In this document: piece after piece, positions 38,393-47,875 of the stretch
Position numbering within the stretch: position 1 is the first letter of the stretch
Layout: each line of letters opens with the position of its first letter
IMG/VR virus record: IMGVR_UViG_3300020463_002275
Coordinates: 64,001 to 128,000 of that record
Direction: 5' to 3' (one strand)
DNA: 64,000 nt
Source: a virus
The notes under the pieces: model-generated
What the model saw: the letters and a program-made list of their open reading frames with translations, nothing else
The model's database searches: none
Told to the model about the DNA's origin: nothing
Translations under genes and position numbers: made by a program

Positions 38393-40813
38393 ATGGCAGG
38401 ACCTGTAAAAGGAACGATAGGGCAAGACGAAGTAACCCTAAATGACGCGGCTACAGAAACTACGCTTCTAAAAATACTTGCGGCTATGAAAAAAAGTGGC
38501 GGAAGTGGTGGCGGAGGCGGTGGAGGTGCCGGCGGAGCCAAGAGTTCTGAAGAAAATCTTATGGATATGGCCAAAGCAACTGGCAAAACTACCAAAGAAT
38601 TAGAAGAATTTGAAGAACAAGTAGAAGAAACTAGCAGTATGTTAGCCAGAGGATTCGGGCAAATAAGTGGCATGCTACAAGGATTAGCCCATGAATTTAT
38701 GGGCGGTGCTACATCTATATCAGACTTTTCATCTCACATTACAGGCGCAATATCAGCAATACCAATAGTAGGTCCAGTTCTAGGAGGAGTTTTACAATTA
38801 TTAATCGGAGTTGTTGATAGCAATATTGCAACTTTCAGAGAAATGTCACAAGTAGGTGCTGATTTTGGTAACAGTATATTTGGTGCAAAACTGGCGGCTA
38901 CTCAAGCAGGATTAAGTTTAGAAACTTTTCAAAACGTAGTTACAAGTAATTCTGAATCACTGGCTTTATTTGCAGGAGGCGCAAGTGAAGGTGCGAAACG
39001 CTTTGCACAAATTAGCGGAAATATTCAAAAGACTTTTGGACCCCAGTTTAGTAAACTAGGTATGACAATGGAAGAAACTGCTGAATATACAGCAGATTAT
39101 TTAGAACTACAAACAAGATTAGGTCGTTCGCAGAGAATGACTGATTCACAACTAAGTGCAGGTGTGGCAAACACAGTTTTAGAAATTGATAAACTTGCTA
39201 GAGTTACAGGTAAACGTCGAGATCAAATCATGGAAGAGATGAAAGATAACATGGCAGACAAACGTCTGAAACTTATCTTTAACACCATGGAAGAAGGAGC
39301 ACAAAGAAATCTAAATGGTGTTCTTACAATGATGAATTCTGCAAGTCCTGATTTGAAAGATGCTATAACTGAAATGGTTGCAACGGGCGGTGTTCCATTA
39401 AATGAAATGGGACAAGATTTAATACGTTTAAATCCAAACTTAGCAAAAATGTCAGCAGGATTAAAAGATGGTTCTGTGAGCCAAGAAGACTTTATGGCTG
39501 AAATTAGAAAAACTGCTGAAATGGCAGACAACCTAAGTGATGCACAGAAACAACAGTATTCAACACTTGCGGCAATGGGTAGTAGCGTTGGTAGTGCTAT
39601 AATTGAAATTATAGGAATGAAAAATGCTGGTAAGAATTTAACCAAAGCACAACAAGATCAACTAGCCGCATTTAAATCGAGAGAAAAAGCAACAGCAGAC
39701 TTTGAACGTGTATTACAACAAACAAAAAACAAAATTATGGACGCACTTATTAATAGTGGTGTGTTTGATACTATAGCAACAATGATGGGAGATTTTACAG
39801 CATGGTTAGGAAGTCCAGACGGTATCAAGAGAATAGAAGAATTTACAACTACATTATCTACAAAATTTAAAGAACTATTAGATGCATTTAAATCAGGAAA
39901 CTTAATGCAGTATATTAAAGATATGTTAGCAACAGGACTGTCAGGCTTGGGCGGAATGATAGGCTCTATAATAGGTGGCATTTTTGGTGGTGGTGGAGAT
40001 GATGAAGAATCTGCAGATGGAGCAGGAGGCGAGAAGAAAAAATCAAGCGGTGGATTATTTAGTGGATTAGACGGAGCACTTAGTACCTTAGCAACAATGG
40101 TTGCGGCAGGCGGTGTAGTATATCTTGCAATAAAAGGATTCCAAACATTGTTAAGAGGGTTTGCTAGTCCAATGGTTATATTAGGTGCAGGTGTATTAGC
40201 AGGATTGTTAATTGGTACAGGTGCGGCAATTAGACTTGCAGGTGACGGAATTAGTGCGGCTGGAGACGGTGTTGAAAAAATGGCGGCTGGCGTAGAACGC
40301 ATGTCGGAAGTTAAAGACACAGCCAATTTAGCAAACGTTGCTGAATCACTAGGTCAATTAGGTAGTGCAATGCTAGGATTGGCCGCAGGCGGAGTATTAG
40401 ATAGTATTGCTAGTTTCTTTGGTGCTAGTTCTCCATTCGATAAAATGGTTGACGGTATCAATAAATTTGCTGGTATTGATGGTACAGCAGTTGAAAACTT
40501 AGTAGCATCATCAGGTGGATTACAAGGTTTGAAAGCATTCGCAGATGACTTAAATGCAAAAAATGTTGAAGATTTTGCAGAAGCACTAGACAAATTAGTA
40601 GATCAAATGAAAGATTTGAATGAAGAATTATCCAAAGATAACAACGGATTCTTCAAATCAGGCACAGGACCAAATGCAGGATCCTTTCTTGGAGGCGGAG
40701 ATGGTGGTGGAGGGCTAAGTAATGTTAGTATGCAAACCCTTGTCACTCTCATGCGTGAAAATAATAGATTAACTAAGGCTCTTCTTGAGAAGAACCCAGA
40801 GAGTGCATATTAA
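38393..40813 (+). CDS. Tape-measure-like protein (gp29-like)
   Basis: 806 aa, helical Ala/Gly/Met-rich, hydrophobic segments, adjacent to the gp26/gp51 chaperone pair. Confidence 0.65.
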   Translation: MAGPVKGTIGQDEVTLNDAATETTLLKILAAMKKSGGSGGGGGGGAGGAKSSEENLMDMAKATGKTTKELEEFEEQVEETSSMLARGFGQISGMLQGLAHEFMGGATSISDFSSHITGAISAIPIVGPVLGGVLQLLIGVVDSNIATFREMSQVGADFGNSIFGAKLAATQAGLSLETFQNVVTSNSESLALFAGGASEGAKRFAQISGNIQKTFGPQFSKLGMTMEETAEYTADYLELQTRLGRSQRMTDSQLSAGVANTVLEIDKLARVTGKRRDQIMEEMKDNMADKRLKLIFNTMEEGAQRNLNGVLTMMNSASPDLKDAITEMVATGGVPLNEMGQDLIRLNPNLAKMSAGLKDGSVSQEDFMAEIRKTAEMADNLSDAQKQQYSTLAAMGSSVGSAIIEIIGMKNAGKNLTKAQQDQLAAFKSREKATADFERVLQQTKNKIMDALINSGVFDTIATMMGDFTAWLGSPDGIKRIEEFTTTLSTKFKELLDAFKSGNLMQYIKDMLATGLSGLGGMIGSIIGGIFGGGGDDEESADGAGGEKKKSSGGLFSGLDGALSTLATMVAAGGVVYLAIKGFQTLLRGFASPMVILGAGVLAGLLIGTGAAIRLAGDGISAAGDGVEKMAAGVERMSEVKDTANLANVAESLGQLGSAMLGLAAGGVLDSIASFFGASSPFDKMVDGINKFAGIDGTAVENLVASSGGLQGLKAFADDLNAKNVEDFAEALDKLVDQMKDLNEELSKDNNGFFKSGTGPNAGSFLGGGDGGGGLSNVSMQTLVTLMRENNRLTKALLEKNPESAY

Positions 40814-40822
40814 GGATATAAA

Positions 40823-42568
40823 ATGAGTTGGAAAAAATATTTTACACCAGTACCAACAGGAGATAATCCGGGAGGAAACTATAGTCCTCTAGGTGGTGGT
40901 AGAGGGGGTAGTGGCAATGCAGGACCGGCACGTACAAACTATAGTTCTTATTTGCCAGATGTTTACGTAGGTGCTCCTAATAGAGTTGAGCGTTACGGAC
41001 AGTACAATACCATGGATTTAGACAGTGAGGTAAATGCCGCACTTGATATTTTAGCAGAATTTTGTTCACAAAAAAATGCACAAAATAAAACACCTTTTGT
41101 GTTAGACTTTAAGAAAAAAGCAACAACATCAGAAACTACAATTTTACAACAATACTTACAACAGTGGTGTAAACTACAAAAGTTTGATACACGTATGTTT
41201 AGAATACTACGTAATACATTTAAGTACGGAGATCAATTTTTTATAAGAGATCCAGAAACTAAGAAATTATTTCATGTTGATTCAGCAAACGTAGCAAGAA
41301 TTATTGTTAACGAATCAGAAGGTAAAAAACCACAACAATATGTAATCAAAGACTTTAATTTAAATTTTAAAGATATGGTTGCAACAACTCCTTTCCAAAC
41401 AAACGGAAACGTTACAGGCGGAGGAGACGGATACCTACAAGGCGGTGTTCGAGGAATGGTAGGTAATGCACCAAAGCAAAGCGGAAGTAGATTTCAAGAA
41501 GGAGAAACTGAAGTTGCTATTGATGCAGAGAATGTTGTACATCTAAGTTTGTCAGAAGGATTAGACAACAACTTTCCATTTGGTAACAGTTTGTTAGAAA
41601 CTATATTTAAAGTATACAAACAAAAAGAATTATTAGAAGATGCAATTATCATCTATCGTGTGCAACGAGCACCTGAAAGAAGAGTTTTCTACGTTGATGT
41701 GGGTAACATGCCATCGCACTTAGCGATGCAGTTTGTTGAACGTGTTAAGACGGAAATACATCAAAGACGTATCCCATCGTCAACAGGCGGAGGCACAAAT
41801 GTTATAGACTCGTCTTACAATCCGCTGTCAATTAACGAAGATTACTTTTTCCCACAAACAGCAGAAGGGCGTGGATCTAAAGTTGAAACATTACCAGGCG
41901 GTACTAACCTAGGCGAAATAGACGACTTACGTTACTTTACAAACAAACTTGTTAGAGGTTTACGTATTCCTAGTTCATATTTGCCTACCGGTGCAGACGA
42001 TTCAGCCGCACAATACAACGACGGAAGAGTTGGAACAGCATACATTCAAGAATTAAGATTTAACACTTACTGTGAAAGATTACAAGGGTTACTAACTGAA
42101 GATATAAATCAAGAATTCAAAAGATACTTACTTGAAAAGGGCGTAAACATTGATACAGCAATGTTTGATATTAGATTCCAACCACCACAAAACTTTGCGG
42201 CATATAGACAAAGTGAAATTGATAATGCACGTATTCCAACATTTACACAAATGAGTGCAATACCTTATATTTCAAATCGCTTTGCAATGAAACGCTACTT
42301 AGGTCTTAGTGAAGAAGAAGTTACTGAAAACGAAAGACTATGGCGTGAAGAGAACGATGAAAATATCACTCCACCACCAACAGACGCAGGTGGAGAACTT
42401 AGAGGCGCAGGAGTTAGCGGAGCAGGTATTGATGCAGACATGGGTGGTATGGAAGAAGAAGTACCAGGCGGCGAAGCACCAATCGATGGAGGTGCAACCG
42501 ATGCACCAGAAACTGCTACTGGTGGCGAAGGCGTTCCTCAAGAAGGCGCAACTGACGTAACGGTATAA
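40823..42568 (+). CDS. gp20: Portal protein gp20
   Basis: EVNAALDI, LEDAIIIYRVQRAPERRVFYVDVGNMP, EDYFFP...GRGSKVETLPGG, LRIPSSYL. Confidence 0.97.
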   Translation: MSWKKYFTPVPTGDNPGGNYSPLGGGRGGSGNAGPARTNYSSYLPDVYVGAPNRVERYGQYNTMDLDSEVNAALDILAEFCSQKNAQNKTPFVLDFKKKATTSETTILQQYLQQWCKLQKFDTRMFRILRNTFKYGDQFFIRDPETKKLFHVDSANVARIIVNESEGKKPQQYVIKDFNLNFKDMVATTPFQTNGNVTGGGDGYLQGGVRGMVGNAPKQSGSRFQEGETEVAIDAENVVHLSLSEGLDNNFPFGNSLLETIFKVYKQKELLEDAIIIYRVQRAPERRVFYVDVGNMPSHLAMQFVERVKTEIHQRRIPSSTGGGTNVIDSSYNPLSINEDYFFPQTAEGRGSKVETLPGGTNLGEIDDLRYFTNKLVRGLRIPSSYLPTGADDSAAQYNDGRVGTAYIQELRFNTYCERLQGLLTEDINQEFKRYLLEKGVNIDTAMFDIRFQPPQNFAAYRQSEIDNARIPTFTQMSAIPYISNRFAMKRYLGLSEEEVTENERLWREENDENITPPPTDAGGELRGAGVSGAGIDADMGGMEEEVPGGEAPIDGGATDAPETATGGEGVPQEGATDVTV

Positions 42569-42571
42569 ATA
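42564..42571 (+). promoter_or_regulatory. Late promoter TATAAATA overlapping the gp20 stop
   Basis: Exact T4 late consensus. Confidence 0.7.
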
Positions 42572-42576
42572 ACAGT

Positions 42577-42825
42577 ATGATACTACGTGAAATATTTTAT
42601 TTTGATAAAGAAACAATTGAGCCTGTAGAAGATAAAGGTTATTCACCTAAAGATGACCAATCTCCTGTAGACTTTGATTCATCACGTAAGACAAGACTCA
42701 CACTTCGCCAAATTAATCGTGCAAGATTGGCCGCAGAAGTACATAAAGAAGAGCAAGTCAAAGACTTGCATTTTGTAAGACAAATGTATGGCATCGCGGC
42801 AAACGCAGAGGCCGGCGGAGTATGA
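42577..42825 (+). CDS. Small head-module protein (82 aa)
   Basis: ORF between portal and prohead core genes; RKTRLTLRQINRAR motif. Confidence 0.65.
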   Translation: MILREIFYFDKETIEPVEDKGYSPKDDQSPVDFDSSRKTRLTLRQINRARLAAEVHKEEQVKDLHFVRQMYGIAANAEAGGV

Positions 42826-42828
42826 TAA

Positions 42829-43431
42829 TTGAGCATAGCCTTTGTAATTGGTAACGGCATAAGTCGTAGACACATACCTTTAGAACCTCTTAGAAAATTT
42901 GGAACCATATATGCCTGTAATGCAGTGTATAGAGATTTCAAACCAGACTACTTGATTGCTGTTGATACTAAAATGGTAAATGAAATAGTTCAATACAGAT
43001 ATCAGCATGAAGGGCAAGTTTGGACAAATTATAATAAATCTTACGAAAAATATAAAGGATTAAATTACTTTGAACCAAGTAAAGGTTGGAGTAGCGGTCC
43101 TACAGCATTAGATTTTGCAAGCGAACAAGGGCATGAAACTATATATATTTTAGGATTTGACTATCAAGGAATAGGCCCAGAACATAAGCGTGTTAATAAT
43201 TTGTATAGCGGTACACCTAATTACAAGCGTGAGCATGACACATCAACATATTATGGCAATTGGTTACGTCAAACTACTACTGTATTACAGAAAAATTCAA
43301 AAAAGAGATATATAAGAGTGTTAGCAACGGAAAAGGCTTATATACCAGAGCCTTTGTTAAATTTTGCGAATTTATCGCATATTACAGTGGAAGATTTGTC
43401 AAAATCTTTCAACTTTTCGCTTAATCCGTAA
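42829..43431 (+). CDS. Sialyltransferase/MptE(DUF115)-fold protein
   Basis: FVIGNGIS, YACNAVY, SSGPTAL...IYILGFDY resemble CstII (GNGPS, RCNQFY, TSG...IYLSGIDF); TTG start with GGAG SD. Confidence 0.6.
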   Translation: MSIAFVIGNGISRRHIPLEPLRKFGTIYACNAVYRDFKPDYLIAVDTKMVNEIVQYRYQHEGQVWTNYNKSYEKYKGLNYFEPSKGWSSGPTALDFASEQGHETIYILGFDYQGIGPEHKRVNNLYSGTPNYKREHDTSTYYGNWLRQTTTVLQKNSKKRYIRVLATEKAYIPEPLLNFANLSHITVEDLSKSFNFSLNP

Positions 43432-43456
43432 AAATGGCTCGTTTTGGGCCTATATC

Positions 43457-43478
43457 TACGCACTTTTCTTAATAAATA
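43457..43478 (+). promoter_or_regulatory. TACGCACTTTTCTTAA motif abutting a late promoter-like box (AATAAATA)
   Basis: The same 16-mer occurs on the minus strand at 20728-20743 upstream of the gp6 late box. Confidence 0.55.
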
Positions 43479-43534
43479 GTAAATATTAATGACAGCCTTG
43501 CCGTAAGGTAAATTTTATTTAACAGGAGACGAAA

Positions 43535-44569
43535 ATGGCAGATCTAAACAAGTTCGAGGAAATGCTCGAAAAACTAGTCAATGAAGATCGTGCTGGAGCA
43601 GAAGAATTGTTCCACGAGATTGTAGTTGAAAAATCAAGAGAAATTTATGAAAACCTTTTAGAAAATGATCTAGAAGAAGATGACAAAGAAGTTGATGAGT
43701 CTAGCAAAGACGAAGAAACTAAAGAGTCAGAAGACGAAAAAGTCGATGAAAAGGCAGACGAAGAAGTTGACGAAGCATCTGATGATAAAGAAGTAGATGA
43801 AGCAACCGACGAAGATGTCAAAGAAGATTCAAAAGATGAAGAAGCAAAAGAAGGCTTTGACATGAATGAATTTGAAGTTGAGCCTATGCCAGAAGCAGAT
43901 CCATCAGATGATATGATGGGTGACTTAGAAATGGGTGACGGCGATGAAGAAGGTGACGATGCTCCAGAAGGAGACGAAGACCTAGAAGATCGTATGGTAG
44001 ACTTAGAAAAAGAATTAGACGACTTACGTCAACAGTTCAATGACGAAATGGGCGGCGGCGACGACGAAGGAGACGACGAAGGCGATGCAGGCGACATGGG
44101 AGACATGGGTGCTGATGACGAAGCAGATGACGATTCAGAAGAAGAGTCATTTGATCTTGGCGTAGAAGAAGCGTCAGACGAAGAAGTAGACGAAGCATCG
44201 AAAGATGAAGAAGTTGCAGAAAAGTCTGAAGCAGAACAAATGCGTGAGTATGTTGAAAAAGTAAGTGGTGGTGGATTAGATGCACAAAAAATTGGCGGCG
44301 ATAACGGCGCAAATGCAAAAAGTCCAGTAGCAAGTGCTAACAACATGGGCGGAACATCTAGTAACTTAGTTGCTGGCGGTGAAGCAGACTCAAAAGGTAC
44401 AACAGGTGGACTAGAAGGTAACTCTGCTAAAGAGGACAATATGGGAAACATTAATGTACCAGGTGGTAAAGCATCGAAAAGCATGAAATCACAGCCAAAA
44501 GGCCACGGCGCTGAAAAGAAAAGTGCAGGCGAAACTGCTGACAATAAAAAATCTACTATTGGCAGTTAA
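43535..44569 (+). CDS. Acidic prohead core protein (gp67/gp68-like)
   Basis: Very Asp/Glu-rich, between portal and protease; ELFHEIVVEKSREIYE. Confidence 0.7.
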   Translation: MADLNKFEEMLEKLVNEDRAGAEELFHEIVVEKSREIYENLLENDLEEDDKEVDESSKDEETKESEDEKVDEKADEEVDEASDDKEVDEATDEDVKEDSKDEEAKEGFDMNEFEVEPMPEADPSDDMMGDLEMGDGDEEGDDAPEGDEDLEDRMVDLEKELDDLRQQFNDEMGGGDDEGDDEGDAGDMGDMGADDEADDDSEEESFDLGVEEASDEEVDEASKDEEVAEKSEAEQMREYVEKVSGGGLDAQKIGGDNGANAKSPVASANNMGGTSSNLVAGGEADSKGTTGGLEGNSAKEDNMGNINVPGGKASKSMKSQPKGHGAEKKSAGETADNKKSTIGS

Positions 44570-44585
44570 TTAGGAGTAGAAGGAC

Positions 44586-45212
44586 ATGAATCTACTAAGC
44601 GAGAATTTGACATTCGACCAGGCGAAAATGGTTGTTGAGTCAACTGAAAACTCAAATGGAGGCAAAGATCTTTTTCTAAAAGGAATTTGTATCCAAGGCG
44701 GAGTACGCAATGCAAACGAGCGTGTGTATCCTGTTAATGAGATTGGAAGGGCTGTCAAAACTCTCAATGATCAAATTGAGACTGGTTACTCAGTTCTTGG
44801 CGAAGTTGATCATCCTGAAGGCCTAAACATTAACCTTGATCGTGTTTCACATATGATGACTAATATGTGGATGGAAGACCAAAACGGTTATGGCAAAATG
44901 AAAATTTTACCGACCCCGATGGGACAACTAGTTAAAACAATGCTTGAAAGCGGAGTTAAACTGGGAGTTTCATCGCGTGGTTCGGGTGAAGTTAACGAGT
45001 CCGGCGATGTATCGGGCTTTGAAATTATCACCGTGGACGTTGTGGCTCAGCCTAGCGCCCCTGGTGCATATCCTACACCAATTTATGAACATTTGATGAA
45101 TGCACGTGGGGGATACAAGGCATACGAATTAGCACAGGCAACAAAACACGACGACAAGGCACAAAAGTATCTTAAGGAATCGTTGATTAATTTAATCAAC
45201 AAACTCCAGTGA
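44586..45212 (+). CDS. gp21: Prohead protease gp21
   Basis: KGICIQGGVRNANERVYP, LGEVDHP, KLGVSSRGSG, ITVDVVAQPSAPGA. Confidence 0.95.
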   Translation: MNLLSENLTFDQAKMVVESTENSNGGKDLFLKGICIQGGVRNANERVYPVNEIGRAVKTLNDQIETGYSVLGEVDHPEGLNINLDRVSHMMTNMWMEDQNGYGKMKILPTPMGQLVKTMLESGVKLGVSSRGSGEVNESGDVSGFEIITVDVVAQPSAPGAYPTPIYEHLMNARGGYKAYELAQATKHDDKAQKYLKESLINLINKLQ

Positions 45213-45228
45213 AACTAGGAGAAAAAGT

Positions 45229-46317
45229 ATGATAGATGCACTGAAAACACTCTTTGAAAACGATGTTGTTTCTCAAGAAGTCAGAGCACAAATAGAAGAG
45301 GCTTGGGAAAGCAAGATTCGCGAAAACAAACAGGCGGTAACGTCTGAGTTACGTGAAGAATTCGCACAAAAATACGAGCATGATAAGCAAACAATGGTTG
45401 AAGCCATTGATAAAATGCTAGATGACCGTCTTTCAAGTGAAATTGCTGAGTTTGCAGACGACCGCAAACAACTAGCAGAAGCCAAAGCAAAGTATGCTGT
45501 TAAGTTAAAGGAAAACGGAGACTTAATGAAAGCGTTTGTAATGGATCAGTTAGGAAAAGAAGTCACGGAATTACACGAAGACCAAAAGAAAATGGCAATT
45601 AATTTTGCTAAAATGGAGGAATTTGTTGTAGAGGCTCTATCTAAAGAAATTGCAGAGTTCCATGAGGATAAAAAAGACCTAGCCGAAACAAAAGTACGTT
45701 TAGTACGTGAGGCTAAGAAACACTTCAATAAAGTGAAGACTCAGTTTATTGAAAAGAGTGCAAAATTAGTATCTGAAACAGTAAGTAAGAACTTGAATAA
45801 AGAAATTACTGCACTTAAAGAAGATATTAACGTTGCAAGAGAAAACGACTTCGGTCGTAAGTTATTCGAATCTTTCGCAAGTGAGTATGCAAATAGTTAC
45901 TTGAACGAAAAGAGCGAAACTTCAAAACTTCTAAAAATTGTAGATCTAAAAGATAAGCAAGTTGAAGAAGCAAAAGCACAAGCGACTAAGGCTGTTGAAT
46001 TAGCAGAAGCGAAAGCAACTGAAATCAAGAGAATTAACGAAGCCGCTGAACGCAACAAAGTAATTAACGGTTTGATTGAGCCACTAAGCAAAGATCAACG
46101 TGAGATTATGACAGACTTACTGGAATCTGTTCAAACGTCTAAATTAGATAAGTCGTTTAACAAGTACCTACCAGCAGTTATTGACGGTAATGCTCCAGCA
46201 AAGAAGAAGGCAAAACTAGTAGAAGGCAAAGAAATCACAGGCAATAGAGAAACTAACGTTAGTAGTAAAGCAGACGAGAATGTCGTTGACATTAGACGTC
46301 TTGCTGGATTAAATTGA
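45229..46317 (+). CDS. gp22: Prohead scaffold gp22
   Basis: Coiled-coil protein between gp21 and gp23. Confidence 0.85.
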   Translation: MIDALKTLFENDVVSQEVRAQIEEAWESKIRENKQAVTSELREEFAQKYEHDKQTMVEAIDKMLDDRLSSEIAEFADDRKQLAEAKAKYAVKLKENGDLMKAFVMDQLGKEVTELHEDQKKMAINFAKMEEFVVEALSKEIAEFHEDKKDLAETKVRLVREAKKHFNKVKTQFIEKSAKLVSETVSKNLNKEITALKEDINVARENDFGRKLFESFASEYANSYLNEKSETSKLLKIVDLKDKQVEEAKAQATKAVELAEAKATEIKRINEAAERNKVINGLIEPLSKDQREIMTDLLESVQTSKLDKSFNKYLPAVIDGNAPAKKKAKLVEGKEITGNRETNVSSKADENVVDIRRLAGLN

Positions 46318-46329
46318 TAGGAGATAATT

Positions 46330-47502
46330 ATGTCAGAACTACTCGAAAGCCGCTGGCAGGAGACTAAAACTGCGTTGCTAGAAGGCCTTAACGGTAATAA
46401 AAAATCCGTTATGGGTGCAACTTTGGAAAATACTAGAAAGTATTTGGCAGAGACTGCAACAGCAGGAACAACTTCAGCCGGTAATGTCGCAACTCTTAAC
46501 AGAGTTATTTTACCAGTAATCAGACGTGTAATGCCAACAGTTATAGCAAATGAACTTGTTGGAGTACAACCGATGACTGGTCCAGTGGGTCAAATCCACA
46601 CACTAAGAGTCCGTTATTCGGACACTTTTAACGCAGGTGCATCAGGTGCAACTGCAGGTGAAGAAGCACTTTCACCATTCAAGATTGCTGAAAGTTATTC
46701 AGGTGCAACTAGTGGTAAAGCAGATGCTACAGCCGCTAAAGAAGGTGTACCAGGAAACAAACTAAGCATCCAGATCCTAAAACAAACAGTTGAAGCGAAA
46801 ACTCGTAAATTGAGTGCTCGTTGGACTTTTGAAGCGGCTCAGGACGCACAGTCACAGCATGGTATTGATGTTGAAGCAGAAATTATGGCGGCACTAGCCC
46901 AAGAAATTACTGCTGAGATTGATCAAGAAGTTCTTGCTTCACTTAGAACACTTAGTGGTACAGCCGTTGAAACATACGACCAAGCCGCAGTAAGTGGTAC
47001 AGCAACTTTTGTTGGTGATGAGCATGCCGCATTGGCAGTTCAAATCAACAGAGCGGCTAACTTAATCGCACAGCGTACAAGACGTGGTGCTGGTAACTAT
47101 GCAGTGGTAAGTCCATTTGCGTTAACAGTACTTCAGTCTGCAACAACTTCAGCGTTCGCAAGAACAACTGAAGGTTCGTTCGAAGCACCAACAAATACTA
47201 AATTTGTAGGTACATTGAACAACGCTATGAAAGTATATGTTGATACATATGCAGGCGATGGTACAGCAGTACTAGTAGGTTACAAAGGTTCATCTGAATC
47301 AGATGCACCAGCGTTCTACTGCCCATACATTCCGCTAATGTCAAGTGGTGTTGTAATGGACCCAGGAACATTCGAACCAGTTGTGAGTTTCATGACTAGA
47401 TACGGATATGTTGAGTTATCAAACACAGCATCGTCACTTGGTAATGCAGGTGACTACCTAGCGAATGTAGCGATTACAAACGCTAACGTATCATTTAGTT
47501 AA
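46330..47502 (+). CDS. gp23: Major capsid protein gp23
   Basis: LVGVQPMTGPVGQIHTLR, KTRKLSARWTFEAAQD, EITAEIDQE, FYCPYIPL, PVVSFMTRYG. Confidence 0.97.
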   Translation: MSELLESRWQETKTALLEGLNGNKKSVMGATLENTRKYLAETATAGTTSAGNVATLNRVILPVIRRVMPTVIANELVGVQPMTGPVGQIHTLRVRYSDTFNAGASGATAGEEALSPFKIAESYSGATSGKADATAAKEGVPGNKLSIQILKQTVEAKTRKLSARWTFEAAQDAQSQHGIDVEAEIMAALAQEITAEIDQEVLASLRTLSGTAVETYDQAAVSGTATFVGDEHAALAVQINRAANLIAQRTRRGAGNYAVVSPFALTVLQSATTSAFARTTEGSFEAPTNTKFVGTLNNAMKVYVDTYAGDGTAVLVGYKGSSESDAPAFYCPYIPLMSSGVVMDPGTFEPVVSFMTRYGYVELSNTASSLGNAGDYLANVAITNANVSFS

Positions 47503-47526
47503 TAGGTACAAGGTACAAAATTGTAG

Positions 47527-47554
47527 AAATAGGCCCTTCGGGGCCTATTTTTTT
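47527..47554 (+). terminator. Rho-independent terminator after gp23
   Basis: AAATAGGCCC-TTCG-GGGCCTATTT followed by a T-tract. Confidence 0.95.
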
Positions 47555-47555
47555 G

Positions 47556-47563
47556 ACTAAATA
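47556..47563 (+). promoter_or_regulatory. Late promoter-like box (ACTAAATA) in front of the riboswitch
   Basis: Directly after the gp23 terminator, about 5 nt before the aptamer. Confidence 0.55.
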
Positions 47564-47567
47564 TTTG

Positions 47568-47612
47568 TACGTTCATCCTACGGGACGGAAGTAGCACTAA
47601 GCGAAGGAACGC
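47568..47612 (+). promoter_or_regulatory. Glutamine riboswitch aptamer (glnA RNA motif, class I)
   Basis: P1 CGTTC/GAACG, P2 TCC-TACG-GGA, GGAAGTA and GAAG E-loop strands, P3 GC-ACTAA-GC, 3' GAACGC: order and sequence match the glnA motif consensus. Confidence 0.8.
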
Positions 47613-47637
47613 ACTTAACTGTAAAAGGGAGAGTGTT

Positions 47638-47790
47638 ATGAATCACAGAGACTTCGAAGCGGCTCGCAAAAAGATCCAAACGAAATTAGCACACAAAGCA
47701 ATACATCGGAAACAGATGGAAAGACCACTGTCAAGACCGCGTTGTGAGAAAAATATACTAAGTTCAGACCCAAGATTGCAAAAAATTTAA
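47638..47790 (+). CDS. 50-aa basic peptide under the riboswitch (not in ORF track)
   Basis: MNHRDFEAARKKIQTKLAHKAIHRKQMERPLSRPRCEKNILSSDPRLQKI; SD AGGGAG 5-10 nt upstream. Confidence 0.7.
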   Translation: MNHRDFEAARKKIQTKLAHKAIHRKQMERPLSRPRCEKNILSSDPRLQKI

Positions 47791-47809
47791 TATTTTGGTA
47801 AAAAAAAGG

Positions 47810-47838
47810 TTGACTTTATATATAAAGTCTGTTATATT
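47810..47838 (+). promoter_or_regulatory. sigma70 promoter TTGACT-17-TATATT with A-tract UP element
   Basis: -35 at 47810-47815, -10 at 47833-47838; contains an 18-bp perfect palindrome. Confidence 0.7.
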
Positions 47839-47875
47839 ATATACATAAGCAACAAAAAAGTAATTAATTTTTGTT

